From Macrostomum lignano (Eukaryota): DNA of 33,968 bases. How positions within the stretch are numbered: position 1 is the stretch's first letter; each line of letters begins with the position of its first letter. The position numbers and the translations under genes were made by a program. The notes under the pieces are model-generated. The model was not told where the DNA came from. It saw only the letters and a program-made list of their open reading frames with translations, and searched no databases. The stretch spans positions 1-33,968 of the forward strand of contig NIVC01004831.1 of NCBI GenBank assembly GCA_002269645.1, written 5' to 3'. This document shows, one piece after another, positions 1 to 12,405 of the stretch.

Positions 1-3000
1 GCTGCTGCACCGCTGTTAGAGACTGTTGGGTAAAATTGCGAAAAAGTAACAGTTTAAAGTGTTTACTGCGTCAATTGATATTCTCTCCTATCTACTCTCC
101 ATATCGACTCGCCCTACCAACTCTCCCTATCTACTCTACCTACTACTCTCTGTCTACTCTCCTACCTACCCTCCCTAACTAATCTCCCTGCCTTCTCTCC
201 CTGCCTTCTCTCCCTACCTACTTTCCCACCTACTCTCCCTGCCTACTCTCCCTACCTACTCTCCCTACCTACTCTCCCTACCTAACTCTCCCTATCTACT
301 CTCCCTACCTACTCTCCCTACCTACTCTCCCTACCAACTCTCCTACCTACTCTCCCTACCAACTCTCCCTACCTACTCTCCTACCAACTCTCCCTACCTA
401 CTTTCCCTACCTACTCTCCTACCTACTCTCCCTGCCTACTCTCCCTACCTACTCTCCCTACCTACTCTCCCTACCAATCTCCTACCTACTCTCCTACCAA
501 CTCTCCCTACCTACTATCCTACTTACTCTCCCTACTTACCCCTCCAACGGGCACAGCGTCGGCCTGCACGCTGCAGACGCAGCACTGATTAGCCGGCGCC
601 AACGGATCGAAGCATTTCACAATTCCATCGTCGAACCGGCAATCAGCCGACCTCGCCCGGCCGACTCGTCCGAATAAGCCAGATGAGTGCAGGCGGCCGA
701 CTCGCACGGGCAGATCGACGCACCGACGCTCGGCGTGGGCGTCAATTAATCGCAGAAATCTGGCGTGACCGCCGAACGCCAAGCCGGCCTGCTGTTGTTG
801 ATTCCAAGCCATCGCTCTAAGCCGATCTGGCAGGCCAACGAAAGCCGAGATCAACTGCGGACTGCTATTGTAGGGGCAGGCATAGTTGCGCCATAGACGA
901 ACGCAGCCGTCTGACCAGGCGCAGGCCAGTAAAGAATCTTCCGTATGCCAGTTTACTAGCTGAATATCTACTAGGAAATTGCCGCCGCTGCCGCCGCCGA
1001 CCATGCCGCCGTGGGCGCCGAACGAGTGCGAATGATGCGCCGGGAGCTGGTCTGACGCGAATGATGCTGATGCTGCAGCGAGCCCTGGTGCTGCCTGGTG
1101 TGGCCACCGAGACTGCCGCTAGCTGTTGAAATTGAGGAGATAATTATAGATTAGCCAATGACCAATGACCATTCTATTATAGATTAGCTAATGACCAATG
1201 ACCATTCTATTATAGATTAGCCAATGACCAATGACCATTCTATTATAGATTAGCCAATGACCAATGACCATTCTATTATAGATTAGCCAATGACCAATGA
1301 CCATTCTATTATAGATTAGCTAATGACCAATGACCATTCTATTATAGATTAGCCAATGACCAATGACCATTCTTTTATAGATTAGCCAATGACCAATGAC
1401 CATTCTATTATAGATTAGCCAATGACCAATGACCATTCTATTATAGATTAGCCAATAACTAATGACAAATCTATTATAGATTAGCCAATGACCAATCTAA
1501 CTAGCTCCACAATGACCAATCTAATTAGCTCTACAATGACCAATCTAATTAGCTCCACAATGACCAATCTAACTTGCTTCACAATGACCAATCTAACTAG
1601 CTCCACAATGACCAATCTAATTAGCTCTACAATGACCAATCTAATCAAAATCACAATGACCAATCAAATTAGCTCCACAATGATTTGACCAATCTAATCA
1701 AAATCACAATGACCAATCAAATTAGCTCCACAATGACCAATCTAACTAGCACCACAATGACCAATCTAATCAAATTTACAATGACCAATCTAATTAGCTT
1801 TACAATGACCAATCTAACTAGCTCCACAATGACCAATCTAATTATGTCCACAATGACCAATCTAATTAAATTCACAATGACCAATCTAATTAGCTTCACA
1901 ATGACCAATCTAAACAGCTCTTCAATGACCAATTTAATTATCACCACAATGACCAATCAAATTAACTCCACAATGACCAATCTAACTAGCTCCACAATGA
2001 CCAATCTAATTATAACCACAATGACCAATCAAATTAGCTCCACAATGACCAATCTAACTAGCTTCACAATGACCAATCTAACTTGCTCCACAATGACCAA
2101 TCTAACTTGCTCCACAATGACCAATCTAACTAGCTTCACAATGACCAATCTAACTTGCTCCACAATGACCAATCTAATTAAATTTACAATGATCAATCTA
2201 AACAGCTCCACAATGACCAATCTAATTAGCTCCACAATGACCAATCTAGTTAAATTCACTATGACTAATCTAATTAGCTCCACAATGACCAATCTAACTA
2301 GCTCCACAATGACCAATCTAATTAGCTCCACAATGACCAATCTAAACAGCTCCGTAAGAAACTCACTTCCAGCAGTTAGGCCGCCGCTAGACCGACGACT
2401 GCCGCCGGCGGAGCCGCCGCCAAAGGCCAGCAAGTTGACGCCTGACTCGGCATTGAAAGAGGCCAACCTACACAGATCAGGGTCCAGCACTTGTACGCTA
2501 GAATCGTCGCACAGCAATAACTGAGCCAACAAAGGATGGAAATGCAGGCTAACAGCCGGGGACTGCACAGTTCGGGTGCTTCGCAAAGCGAATTGTACTG
2601 AGCGACCGCCGCTACCAGCGGTTGCCAAGGCGACAGCGTCCTGAGCGGCCAGCCGATGCAGACTATGCAATAGCAGGCAGCTGAGCTCGCGGCTTTGAAA
2701 ATTAGCAGACAAAGGATCGGATTCCGTTGACAAGTCAGCTTGAGCTTGAGAAGCCATCGGCCTAGCAAATTGTGCGCAACAATATTCGAATAGTTTAGTT
2801 GTCAAGGGCTCGTTCGATACAACTGACGCAGCCGCGGCGCTTCTTGAACTCCAGTCGGCAGTTGAATAACTTGTCGTCGCCTCGTTAGCGGCCCCGGCGC
2901 TGTCGCTTTGACGACGAACTAAACCGACTAGGCCAGAGCGTCGATTGCCGCCGGTTGCCCCTGGCGACGGGGAGCGTCGTCGACTGTCTAAATTATCCAT

Positions 3001-6000
3001 CATGCCCAGTAGTATCCGGGTAGCAAACCGATTAGTAGAAATTGCTCCGGTTAGCGGAGTTGGCGGACTCCTACTGCTCAAATGATGATGATGCTGATGA
3101 TGCTGCAGGCCTAGATGTCGCTGTAATTTAGGACTGCCAGGCACGCTGCCAGAGGTGGAATCCTCTGCTGGCCGACTCGAACTCAATACTGCTGCAGAGG
3201 ATACTCTAGGAAATGTGCCATTGTTTGACAGTTTGGCATGAGTCTGCTGTTGCTGCTGCTGCTGCTGGCTCTGCTGCTGCTGTCCAGGCTTGGCGTATTG
3301 CTCCAGAATGCGTTGATCTTTGCGCAGTTTTTCAGATACACGAGAATAGACACTCTGGACTAGAGTGCCGGCCATCGACTGTACCTGTACATTGTTTCAT
3401 TCATATGGGTTGACTTTTTTATAGTTTAAGAACTAGGTACGAGTATAAGCATTATCTATAGTAAACAGCGTGTATCCAATGTAAACAGACTGTATCTATG
3501 GGTAAACAGTGTGTATCCAATGTAAACAGACCGTATCTATGGGTAAACAGTGTGTATCCAATGTAAACAGTCTGTATCTATGGGTAAACAGCGTTTATCC
3601 AATGTAAACAGACTGTATCTATGGGTAAACAGTGTTTATTCAATGTAAACAGAATGTATCTATGGGTTAACAGTGTGTATCTAATGTAAACAGTCTGTAT
3701 CTATGGGTAAACAGTGTGTATTCAATGTAAACAGAATGTATCTATGGGTTAACAGTGTGTATTCAATGTAAACAGAATGTATCTATGGGTAAACAGTGTG
3801 TATTCAATGTAAACAGAATGTATCTATGGGTTAACAGTGTGTATTCAATGTAAACAGTCTGTATCTATGGGTAAAAAGTGTGTATCCAATGTAAACAGTG
3901 TGTATCTAATGTAAACAGACCGCTGTATCTATGGGTTAACAGCGTGTATCCAATGTAAACAGATTGTATCTATGGGTAAACAGTGTGTATCCAATGTAAA
4001 CAGACCGCTGTATCTATGGGTAAACAGTGTGTATCCAATGTAAACAGTCCGTATCTATAGGTAAACAGTCTGTATCTATAGGTAAACAGTCCGTATCTAT
4101 AGGTAAACAGTCCGTATCTATAGGTAAACAGTCCGTATCTATAGGTAAACAGTCCGTATCTATAGGTAAACAGTCCGTATCTATAGGTAGACAGGCCGTA
4201 TCCAATGTAAACAAGCCGTATCTACGGTAAAAGTCCGTATCTACGGGTAAACAGACTCGCATCCAACATAAACAGCCCGTATCCAATGTAAACAGCCAGT
4301 TGCTAAGCACCCAAGCTACAAACCTGCGGCGCCGGGTCCCGATGCAGGAAGCAGAGAGATCGCCAGACCTGCTGATAGACGTTGCCAGATTTGAGCAGGC
4401 CGGCAAACGGTTGAGCAGTGGTTGGGCGTTTCAACCTGCGCCACCGCTCCGTATCCTCAATCTGTTGGATAACCACTGCAATCATTTCGTTCTCGAATAG
4501 TCGGGTAAAAGCGGCCAAAGCGCAGACTAATTCGCAGCGAACCAAAGCCGAGCAATCTGACAGAGACCGCTGAAGCAGTCTGAGTACAATAGTCTGATCA
4601 TTGCTACCGCTTAGATCCGAAGCGCGCAGACTCTGCTGTTCGGCGCTATTGCTGCCACTAGAAGCAGAAGACTGTTGTTGCGCAGAAGCATTAGCACTGT
4701 TATTGACATTGTCCATATAAGCTGCTAAAGCGTGCACGCAAGCCGCTCGAACTTTCGGTTGTCGATCGTCTAGAAGAGGCTCGTAGCCGTAGGCGGCGCT
4801 GGACGAGTACAGAGCTTCGTAGGCCGAACTGCGGGCTCCGTGCGATCTGCCCGGCTCATAGTTGGCCCAGATCTTGGCTAGGCAGAACACTAGAAACAGG
4901 CGATAGGTGACAGCCGGCAGGGCTTGGTCCAGCCGGACAGCTGGATCGTCAAGGTGCTCCAGTATAGTGCAGATCAGATTGCTGCGAATGCAGATCTCCT
5001 TAGCTTCAACAGATCGATTCATTAATCTAGCTAGTACGAACGCGGCCATGCCTCTTATTGACAAAGATTTCGGCGTTGTTAAAGGAGCAGGATCTTGTAG
5101 TACGTTGATAAAATAGCGAATATTGTCCTCTTTGACTAGGTCAAGCACTAGATTAGTGGAATGCTCAACCGCTACTATCTTAGCCCAGATGAATACTAGT
5201 TCCTCTTTCATATCTTTGCCTCCGTTCAGCAGCTTCAAGATGTAGGGAAAGGTGCCTACTGATAGGGTCTGATACACCGCATCGGGACCCAGATCCAGGT
5301 AGGAGCACAGAAGCTTCAGCGCTTTAGGCCTGTAGTACTGGGATAGCAGCACCTGCGATAGGGTTATAAAATAAAGCAGATCATGATTTCTTAGAAACAA
5401 ACCAAAACTCTAAATCTAGTCAAACAGACTCTCAATCTAGCTAAACAAAGAAGTTTAATATAGCCAAATAAAGACTAGCAATCTAGCCAAACAAAGACAA
5501 AAATGTAGCCAAACAGACTAACAATCTAGCCAAACAAAGACTACTAATCTATCTAAACAAAGACTTTTTATATAGCCAAATTAGGACCACTAATCTATCC
5601 AAACAAAGACTCTTAATATAGCCAAACAAAGACTACCAATCTAGCCGAACAAAGACTACTAAGATAGCCAAACAGAACCTATCAATGTACTCGAACAAAG
5701 ACTACTAATGTAGCTAAACAAACACTTTTAATACAGCCAAACAAAGACTATCGATCTGACTAAACAAAGAATTTTAATATAGCCAAACAAAGATTAAAAA
5801 TGTAGCCAAACAAAGATTAAAAATGTAGCCAAACAAAGACTACTAATCTAGCCAAACAGGAACTACCATCTACTCAAACAAAGACTACCAATACAGCTTA
5901 ACCAAAGTGATCAATCTAGCCAAACCAAGACTACCAATATAGATAAACCAAGACTATCATTCTATTGAGTTAAACAAAGGCTAAAAATCAATCTAACTCA

Positions 6001-9000
6001 GTTCCATATAAATACATACATCTATCTACATGAATGTACTAAACAATGCACAAACTAACCTGCAGCACAATGGGCAGATGCCAGGCGTCAGCTGGCGTCT
6101 TGCTGCCGGCAGATTTGAGCCAGACTTCAAAGCTAGCCAAATGATCGGCAAAAAACGAGCAAGTTTTGTAGGGCACCTGAAGCAGCGGGCCAGACTCCGG
6201 ATCTGGCATAGTCGATTGATGCAGATGCTGCTGATGATGATGATGATGATACTGGTGGTGATGGTGCTGCTGTTGTTGCTGCTGTTGCGCCTGAGCCTCG
6301 TGATTGCTAATCCATCGATGCACGTCCGGTAATTGGCGCATAAAATCGTCTACAACGTGATCCCAAGCCGACCACAGCGGATGCTTGTGCATGGGCGGCA
6401 GCAGCGGATGAGTCACTGGGGTGCAGCCGTAGCTGACGAGAACTCGTTCGGCTAGTAGGAAGTTGCGAAACAATGACGCCAATAGGGTGTCGTAACGGAA
6501 CAGCCGGTGGAACAGGTCTCTGTGCGGATGGATAGGGTAATTGTGAGTAAGAAGCGTTCATAAGACCCTTCGAGGGCCGATTTCTTATATAATTCAAAGC
6601 CGATTTTTTCCATATTTGAAGGCCGATTATGTCCAAATTTGAAGGCCGATTTCTTACATATTTGAAGGCTGATTTTCTTACATAATTGAAGATCGATTTT
6701 TACATAATTGAGGGCCGATTCAAAATAATTGAAGGCCGATTCTACATAATTAAAGGTCGGTTTTACATAATCGAGGGCTGATTTTTTACATAATTTAAGG
6801 CCGATTTTTACACAATGGAAGGCCGACTTCTCACAAAATTGAAGGCCAATTTCTCACATAATTAAAGGCCGATTCTAAATAATTAAAGGCCAATTTATTA
6901 CATAATTGAAGACCGATTCTTACTTAAATGAGGGCCGATTTTTTTACCTAATTGAGAGCCGATTTTTCACATATTTAAAAGCTTATTTTTACACAATAGA
7001 AGGCCGATTTCTTACATAATTGAATGCCAATTTCTTACATAATTGAATGCTAATTTCTTACATAATTGAATGCTAATTTCTTACATAATTGAATGCCAAT
7101 TTCTTACATAATTGAATGCCGATTTCTTACATAATTGAATGCCAATTTCTTACATAATTGAATGCTAATTTCTTACATAATTGAATGCTAATTTCTTACA
7201 TAATTGAATGCCAATTTCTTACATAATTGAATGCTAATTTCTTACATAATTGAATGCTAATTTCTTACATAATTGAATGCCAATTTCATACATAATTGAA
7301 TGCCGATTTCTTACATAATTGAATGCCAATTTCATACATAATTGAATGTCAATTTCTTACATAATTGAATGCCAATTTCTTACATAATTGAATGCCAATT
7401 TCTTACATAATTGAATGCCGATTTCTTACATAATTGAATGCCGATTTCTTACATAATTGAATGCCGATTTCTTACATAATTGAATGCCGAGTTCTTACAT
7501 AATTGAATGCCGATTTCTTACATAATGGAATGTCAATTTCTTACATAATTGAATGCCGATTTCTTACATAATTGAATGTCTATTTCTTACATAATTGAAA
7601 GCTGATTTAAAAAAAGAAAATTGGTTTGTAACATTCCAACAGCCTCACCTAGGAATAGAATTATAAGCGATAGTATCCGTAACGGCAGTGAAAATCCAAT
7701 TCAATTCTCCCAGCATAGATTTTCGCTCAGACAACTTGCCGGGTATATTAGACAGCATAGCCAGAGTTAGATCTGGAGATAGCCTATTACTGTAGCGAAT
7801 CCAGTACCAATGCAGAGCCGCCTTAATAGGCGTAGTCAGGCAGGCAGTAAACAAATCAGCAGGTAAGTCCGGATTCATTGGCAAAAATTCGTCAACACCG
7901 CAAGAGCACAATAATATCGAATTTTCCATGCTAACTTCGCTACCAGTTGAATAGGCGCACGAACTGCCGCCGCTGGATTTCTGCTGCTGATATTGTTCAG
8001 ATTGTTCCCAATCTTGGCGGCGTCGCTCGCAGAACGCTTCGTAGGATTTTAATACCTGCGTTTGGGGAGATTATTCGTATGAGGAACAGGTGAGATTATT
8101 TTGATTTGCAAATGACAATATTAGCTTTATTACCCAGATGTACACGTGAGATAATTGGCTTTATTAGCCGGATGTACAAGTGAGATAATTAGCTTTATTA
8201 CCCGGATGTACAAGCGAGATAATTAGCTTTATTACCCAGGTGTACAAGTGAGATAATTAGCTTTATTACCCTGATTTACAGGTGAGATAATTAGCTCTGC
8301 TATCCGGATGTACAGGTGAGATAATTAGTTTTAATCACCTGAATGTACAAGTGAGATAATTAGCTTTATTACCCGGATGTACAAGTGAGATAATTAGCTT
8401 TATTATCCGGATGTACAAGTGAGATAATTAGCTTTATTACCCGGATGTACAAGTGAGATAATTAGCTTTATTAGCCGGATGTACAAGTGAGATAATTAGC
8501 TTTATTACCCGGATGTACAAGTGAGATAATTAGCTTTATTACCCAGGTGTACAAGTGAGATAATTAGCTTTATTACCCTGATTTACAGGTGAGATAATTA
8601 GCTCTGCTATCCGGATGTACAGGTGAGATAATTAGTTTTATTACCTGAATGTACAAGTGAGACAATTAACTTTATTACCCGGATGTACATATTTCAAAAA
8701 AAGGTACACAGGAAGGTAAGCTAAACGCACCTGCCCTGCATTGTGACAGTCGATAACGTAGACGGAAGGCGAGCCAAGCCAGGACTGCAGGTCATACAAG
8801 GACAACGGTATGTACTGGGTAAAGTTTCGATTAAATACCCAAGTCTCGCCATTCTTAGTAGGCCTGGGCACTCCGTGGCCATTGAAATGGAACAGTATCC
8901 TGTCCTGTCTGGCGGTTCTACGCAAACTCAAACACTGCTTTTTCACTTCGTCGACAGTTGGATCGTTGCAAGTTTTATAACGAATTTTAGAATTCCACCG

Positions 9001-10207
9001 TTTGTATTGATTAACTAATAAGGTGGAAATTTCTTCAACCGCTTTGTTAGGATTCTTGCCCGAAGGATCGTACCAACAGTGTTGAACAGCGCTTGGTACC
9101 GGCTTCTGCACGTCCGGGGGGTCCGTGTCAACGTTCAGGCACAGGACTAGCAGTACGTTGGTGATTCGAACCTGGGTCCAAATGTTTGCGACAATAGGGG
9201 AAATCAATAATATTAAGGGCCCCTGAAGATGACTCTTCCTAAATAGGGGTGTGAAGGCGATTCTTCTGGGGATTATGAAGGCGATTCCTCTGGGATTATG
9301 AAGGCGATTCCTCTGGGGATTATGAAGGCGATTCCTCTGGGGATTATGAAGGCGATTCCTCTGGGGATTGTGAAGGCGATTCCTCTGGAGATTATGAAGG
9401 CGATTCCTCTGGGGATTGTGAAGGCGATTCCTCTGGGGATTGTGAAGGCGATTCTTCTGGGGATTATGAAGGCGATTCTTCTGGGGATTGTGAAGGCGAT
9501 TCTTCCAGAGGGTGTGAAGATGATTCTTCTGGGGTGTGAAGATAATTCTTTTGAGGTATGAAGGCGATTCTTCTGGGGTGTGAAGATAATTCTTTTGAGG
9601 TGTGAAGGCGATTCTTCCAGAGGGTGTGAAGATGATTCTTCTGGGGTGTGAAGATAATTCTTTTGAGGTGTGAAGGCGATTCTTCCAGAGGGTGTGAAGA
9701 TGATTCTTCTGGGGTGTGAAGATAATTCTTTTGAGGTGTGAAGGCGATTCTTCCAGAGGGTGTGAAGATAATTCTTTTGAGGTGTGAAGGCGATTCTTCC
9801 AGAGGGTGTGAAGATAATTCTTCTGAGGTGTGAAGGCGATTCTTCCAGAGGGTGTGAAGATGATTCTTTCCAGAAGTTTTGAACGTGATTCCTGAGTAGA
9901 ATATAGTCCAAATAATTTCCGACTGTGCTTAAGTTACAGATAATTATTATAAACGAGTCAGAAATGCCTCTAAGAAATTATCAATGTAGAAACAAACTAA
10001 AATTTCTTAAGAGTTGTAGACGCTAACCTTAGTCCCGTAACGCCAACTCTCCGCTATGCCTTCTACGCCGTTGGTTTCTTCGTGCAAATGGGGCGACGCA
10101 AAGGCTAAGGGAATATTCCACTCTGGCAGGCTGCGGGCCAAGCCAATGGGATAGCAGGCCAATTCCGCTTCGTCCACTCGTTTGGCGTCTTCTTCGTACA
10201 AGTGCAT
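1..10207 (-). CDS. RPTOR: Regulatory-associated protein of mTOR (RAPTOR), 3'-partial. Exons (minus): 10207-10028, 9171-8731, 8055-7649, 6519-6060, 5352-4324, 3384-2367, 1122-540, 22-<1
   Basis: Recognisable RAPTOR motifs in order: WNIPLAF...SWR, VLLVLCLNVDTDPPDV, RILFHFNGHGVPRPT, LPMNPDLPADLFTACLTTPIKAAL, LGELNWIFTAVTDTIAYN, LFRNFLLAERV, WHLPIVLQ|VLLSQ, VGTFPYILKLL, HEAT region, then WD40 (HFHPL, LLACAWSDGCVRLWRNY). GT-AG boundaries with consistent phase through exon 6. Exon 7 needs frameshifts (see findings). Confidence 0.93.
81..539. repeat. 13-bp minisatellite (CTACTCTCCCTAC; minus GTAGGTAGGGAGA) filling RAPTOR intron 7
   Basis: Direct reading of tandem units; degenerate toward the low-coordinate end. 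Confidence 0.95.
1141..2352. repeat. Compound minisatellite in RAPTOR intron 6: 33-bp unit (TAGATTAGCCAATGACCAATGACCATTCTATTA, about 1141-1485), then 24-bp unit (AATGACCAATCTAATTAGCTCCAC, about 1486-2352)
   Basis: Period read directly (1147 to 1180 = 33). The two units share AATGACCAAT and ATTAGC. Confidence 0.95.
3460..4295. repeat. 20/21-bp minisatellite (GTAAACAG core) in RAPTOR intron 5; about 41-bp dimer grading into a 21-bp monomer
   Basis: GTAAACAGtgTGTATCCAAT alternates with GTAAACAGacTGTATCTATGG, then a pure GTAAACAGTCCGTATCTATAG run at about 4040-4200. Confidence 0.95.
5410..5990. repeat. Degenerate ~23-bp minisatellite (AATCTAGCCAAACAAAGACTACT) in RAPTOR intron 4
   Basis: Recurrent TAGCCAAACAAAGACT core, diverged copies. 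Confidence 0.85.
6570..7610. repeat. ~23-bp minisatellite (AATTGAATGCCAATTTCTTACAT) in RAPTOR intron 3
   Basis: Homogeneous at about 7000-7600, degenerate (GAAGGCCGATTT variant) at 6570-7000. Confidence 0.95.
8085..8690. repeat. 34-bp minisatellite (GAGATAATTAGCTTTATTACCCGGATGTACAAGT) in RAPTOR intron 2
   Basis: Direct reading of tandem units. Confidence 0.95.
9230..9880. repeat. 22-24-bp minisatellite (GAAGGCGATTCCTCTGGGGATTAT and variants) in RAPTOR intron 1
   Basis: 24-bp monomer to about 9500, then a three-variant higher-order unit (24+22+22). Confidence 0.95.
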
Positions 10208-10339
10208 GCGGGTACTGCTCGGGCGGGAAATGGGGATTAACTATTTGTGACGAGAATGTATTTAGACAGACCTATCACATATGACCCCAATTATTAAAAT
10301 ATGATGCCAACTCCCTAGAATCCCTGGCAAAGACCCAAA

Positions 10340-11295
10340 ATCACTGGCTATGAATTAAAATACTTTGCTATGATCCAAACTAACTGGCTATGATCCAAAC
10401 TAACTGGCTATGATGCAAACTAACTGACTATGATCCAAACTAACTGGCTATGATCCAAACTAACTGGCTATGATCTAAACTAACTGGCTATGATCCAAAC
10501 TAACTGGCTATGATCCAAACTAACTGAATATGATCCAAACTAACTGGCTATGGTCCAAACTAACTGGCTATGATCCAAACTAACTGGCTATGATCCAAAC
10601 TAACTGGCTATGATCCAAACTAACTGGCTATGATCCAAACTAACTGACTATGATCCAAACTAACTGGCTATGATCCAAACTAACTGGCTATGATCCAAAC
10701 TACTTGGCTACGATCCAAACTAACTGGCTATGATCCAAACTAACTGGCTATGATCCAAACCAACTGGCTATGATCCAAACTAACTGACTATGATCCAAAC
10801 TACTTGGCTATGATCCAAACTAACTGGCTATGATCCAAACTACTTGGCTACGATCCAAACTAACTGGCTATGATCCAAACTAACTGGCTATGATCCAAAC
10901 CAACTGGCTATGATCCAAACTAACTGGCTATGATCCAAACTAACTGGCTATGATCCAAACTAACTGGCTATGATCCAAACTACTTGGCTACGATCCAAAC
11001 TAACTGGCTATGATCCAAACTAACTGGCTATGATCCAAACCAACTGGCTATGATCCAAACTAACTGGCTATGATCCAAACTAACTGGCTATGATCCAAAC
11101 TAACTGGCTATGATCCAAACTAACTGGCTATGATCCAAACTAACTGGCTATGATCCAAACTAACTGGCTATGATCCAAACTAACTGGCTATGATCCAAAC
11201 TAACTGGCTATGATCCAAACTAACTGGCTATGATCCAAACTAACTGGCTATGATCCAAACTAACTGGCTATGATCCAAACTAACTGGCTATGAAC
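10340..11295. repeat. Highly homogeneous 20-bp minisatellite (TATGATCCAAACTAACTGGC) upstream of the RAPTOR ATG
   Basis: About 45 near-identical units with a degenerate low-coordinate edge. Confidence 0.97.
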
Positions 11296-12114
11296 CTAAA
11301 TCAATTACTTTTGAAAGAATTTAACTTCGAAAAACAAGCCAACATATCACGGAGAAAATACAATACAAAATATACAAAAAGTTCTTCGTTTTTTCTTTAC
11401 CTGAAGAAAAGGTGAAAAGGAAGTCAAGCAATAGGGTAGTGTAGGCATTCAAAACAAAAAAACAAAACAAACAAGTTAAACAAAGACGCACAGTCAAAAC
11501 AAAAAGTTGTCAGTAAGCGTTATAAATAATAATAAAGACAAAAAACAGGAACAGCAGTTACTGCGAGTCGAGCGGTGGCAAAATATTGAATCAAATACTA
11601 CGAGTAGTTTACTGATTTTGACGAGCAGTGTCTTCAGGACCATCTGCTCATATCTATAAGCAATGCTTCAGGACCTTCTGCTCATAGCTATAAATGACGC
11701 TTAGGGATCAAGCAAATGGACACAGAATATGTTATGAAAAACAGGGGTTAGCAGTGTAGTGAATAGTGCAACTACAAAAATGGTGGGATAAAGAAATAGG
11801 GTATTAAATAGAAAAGCATAGCGCATAGTTTCATAAAAAACAATCAATAGAATCACGAAGTTAACAAATTAATTTTTAAAAAGATGTAAGCAAACAGAAG
11901 CTAATGGAAAAGATAGTGCAGTTCTAATGAAACCAAACCAATGAAAAAATACAATTAACAAAGATATTGTCCCGCGACGGTAGCAAAGTACTTTGTGCAA
12001 AATTGGCTACTGCAAGTAATACAAAAAAATCTTGTAAATATTTCATTTCATTTCGGTAAAAATTTTAAATAAAAAATAACACTGTACCAGAGCAAAAGAA
12101 AGAGAGCAATGAAA

Positions 12115-12324
12115 CACACATGCGCAACCCCTCTGATTTACACTGGCCGTGAGTCTCACTTATAAAAGAAGCAAACAAAAATTAACGTACTTAATAAAGG
12201 TAAACGGCAGGAATAACTACTACTGTAATTTGTAGGCTAAATGCCTCGTCGTCTAATTAGTGGGCATTTTTGCGACTTATCTTGGCTGGGCCCTCGCCAG
12301 CCGGCCGGGTGTTGCGCATGTATG
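12115..12324 (+). mobile_element. 210-bp non-autonomous hAT-type MITE
   Basis: TIR CACACATGCGCAAC...GTTGCGCATGTATG (13/14). 8-bp flanks CAATGAAA (12107-12114) and CGATGAAA (12325-12332) match 7/8. Internal similarity to the element at 16702. Confidence 0.8.
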
Positions 12325-12375
12325 CGATGAAATGTCAATTGTAGTCCAGAATGTACTTTTCTAACGACCTTTAGT

Positions 12376-12396
12376 TTTATTAATTAATAATTTATT
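12376..12396 (-). promoter_or_regulatory. Candidate polyadenylation signals of N4BP2
   Basis: Two AATAAA hexamers on the minus strand 10-30 nt after the TAG stop. Confidence 0.5.
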
Positions 12397-12405
12397 GATT
12401 GACAA

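Noticed and set aside
1481-2524. MTNL/LVIVEL repeat ORFs
   Set aside because: Artefact of a 24-bp (8-codon) stop-free intronic unit that is open on both strands; lies inside RAPTOR intron 6.
9273-9911. 212-aa and 87-aa repeat ORFs
   Set aside because: Derived from the RAPTOR intron 1 array.
3385-10027. AG|GT at both ends of RAPTOR introns 1, 2, 4 and 5 as an introner/TSD signature
   Set aside because: Explained by the ordinary proto-splice consensus. Introns share no sequence or TIRs, and the pattern is absent in most other introns.
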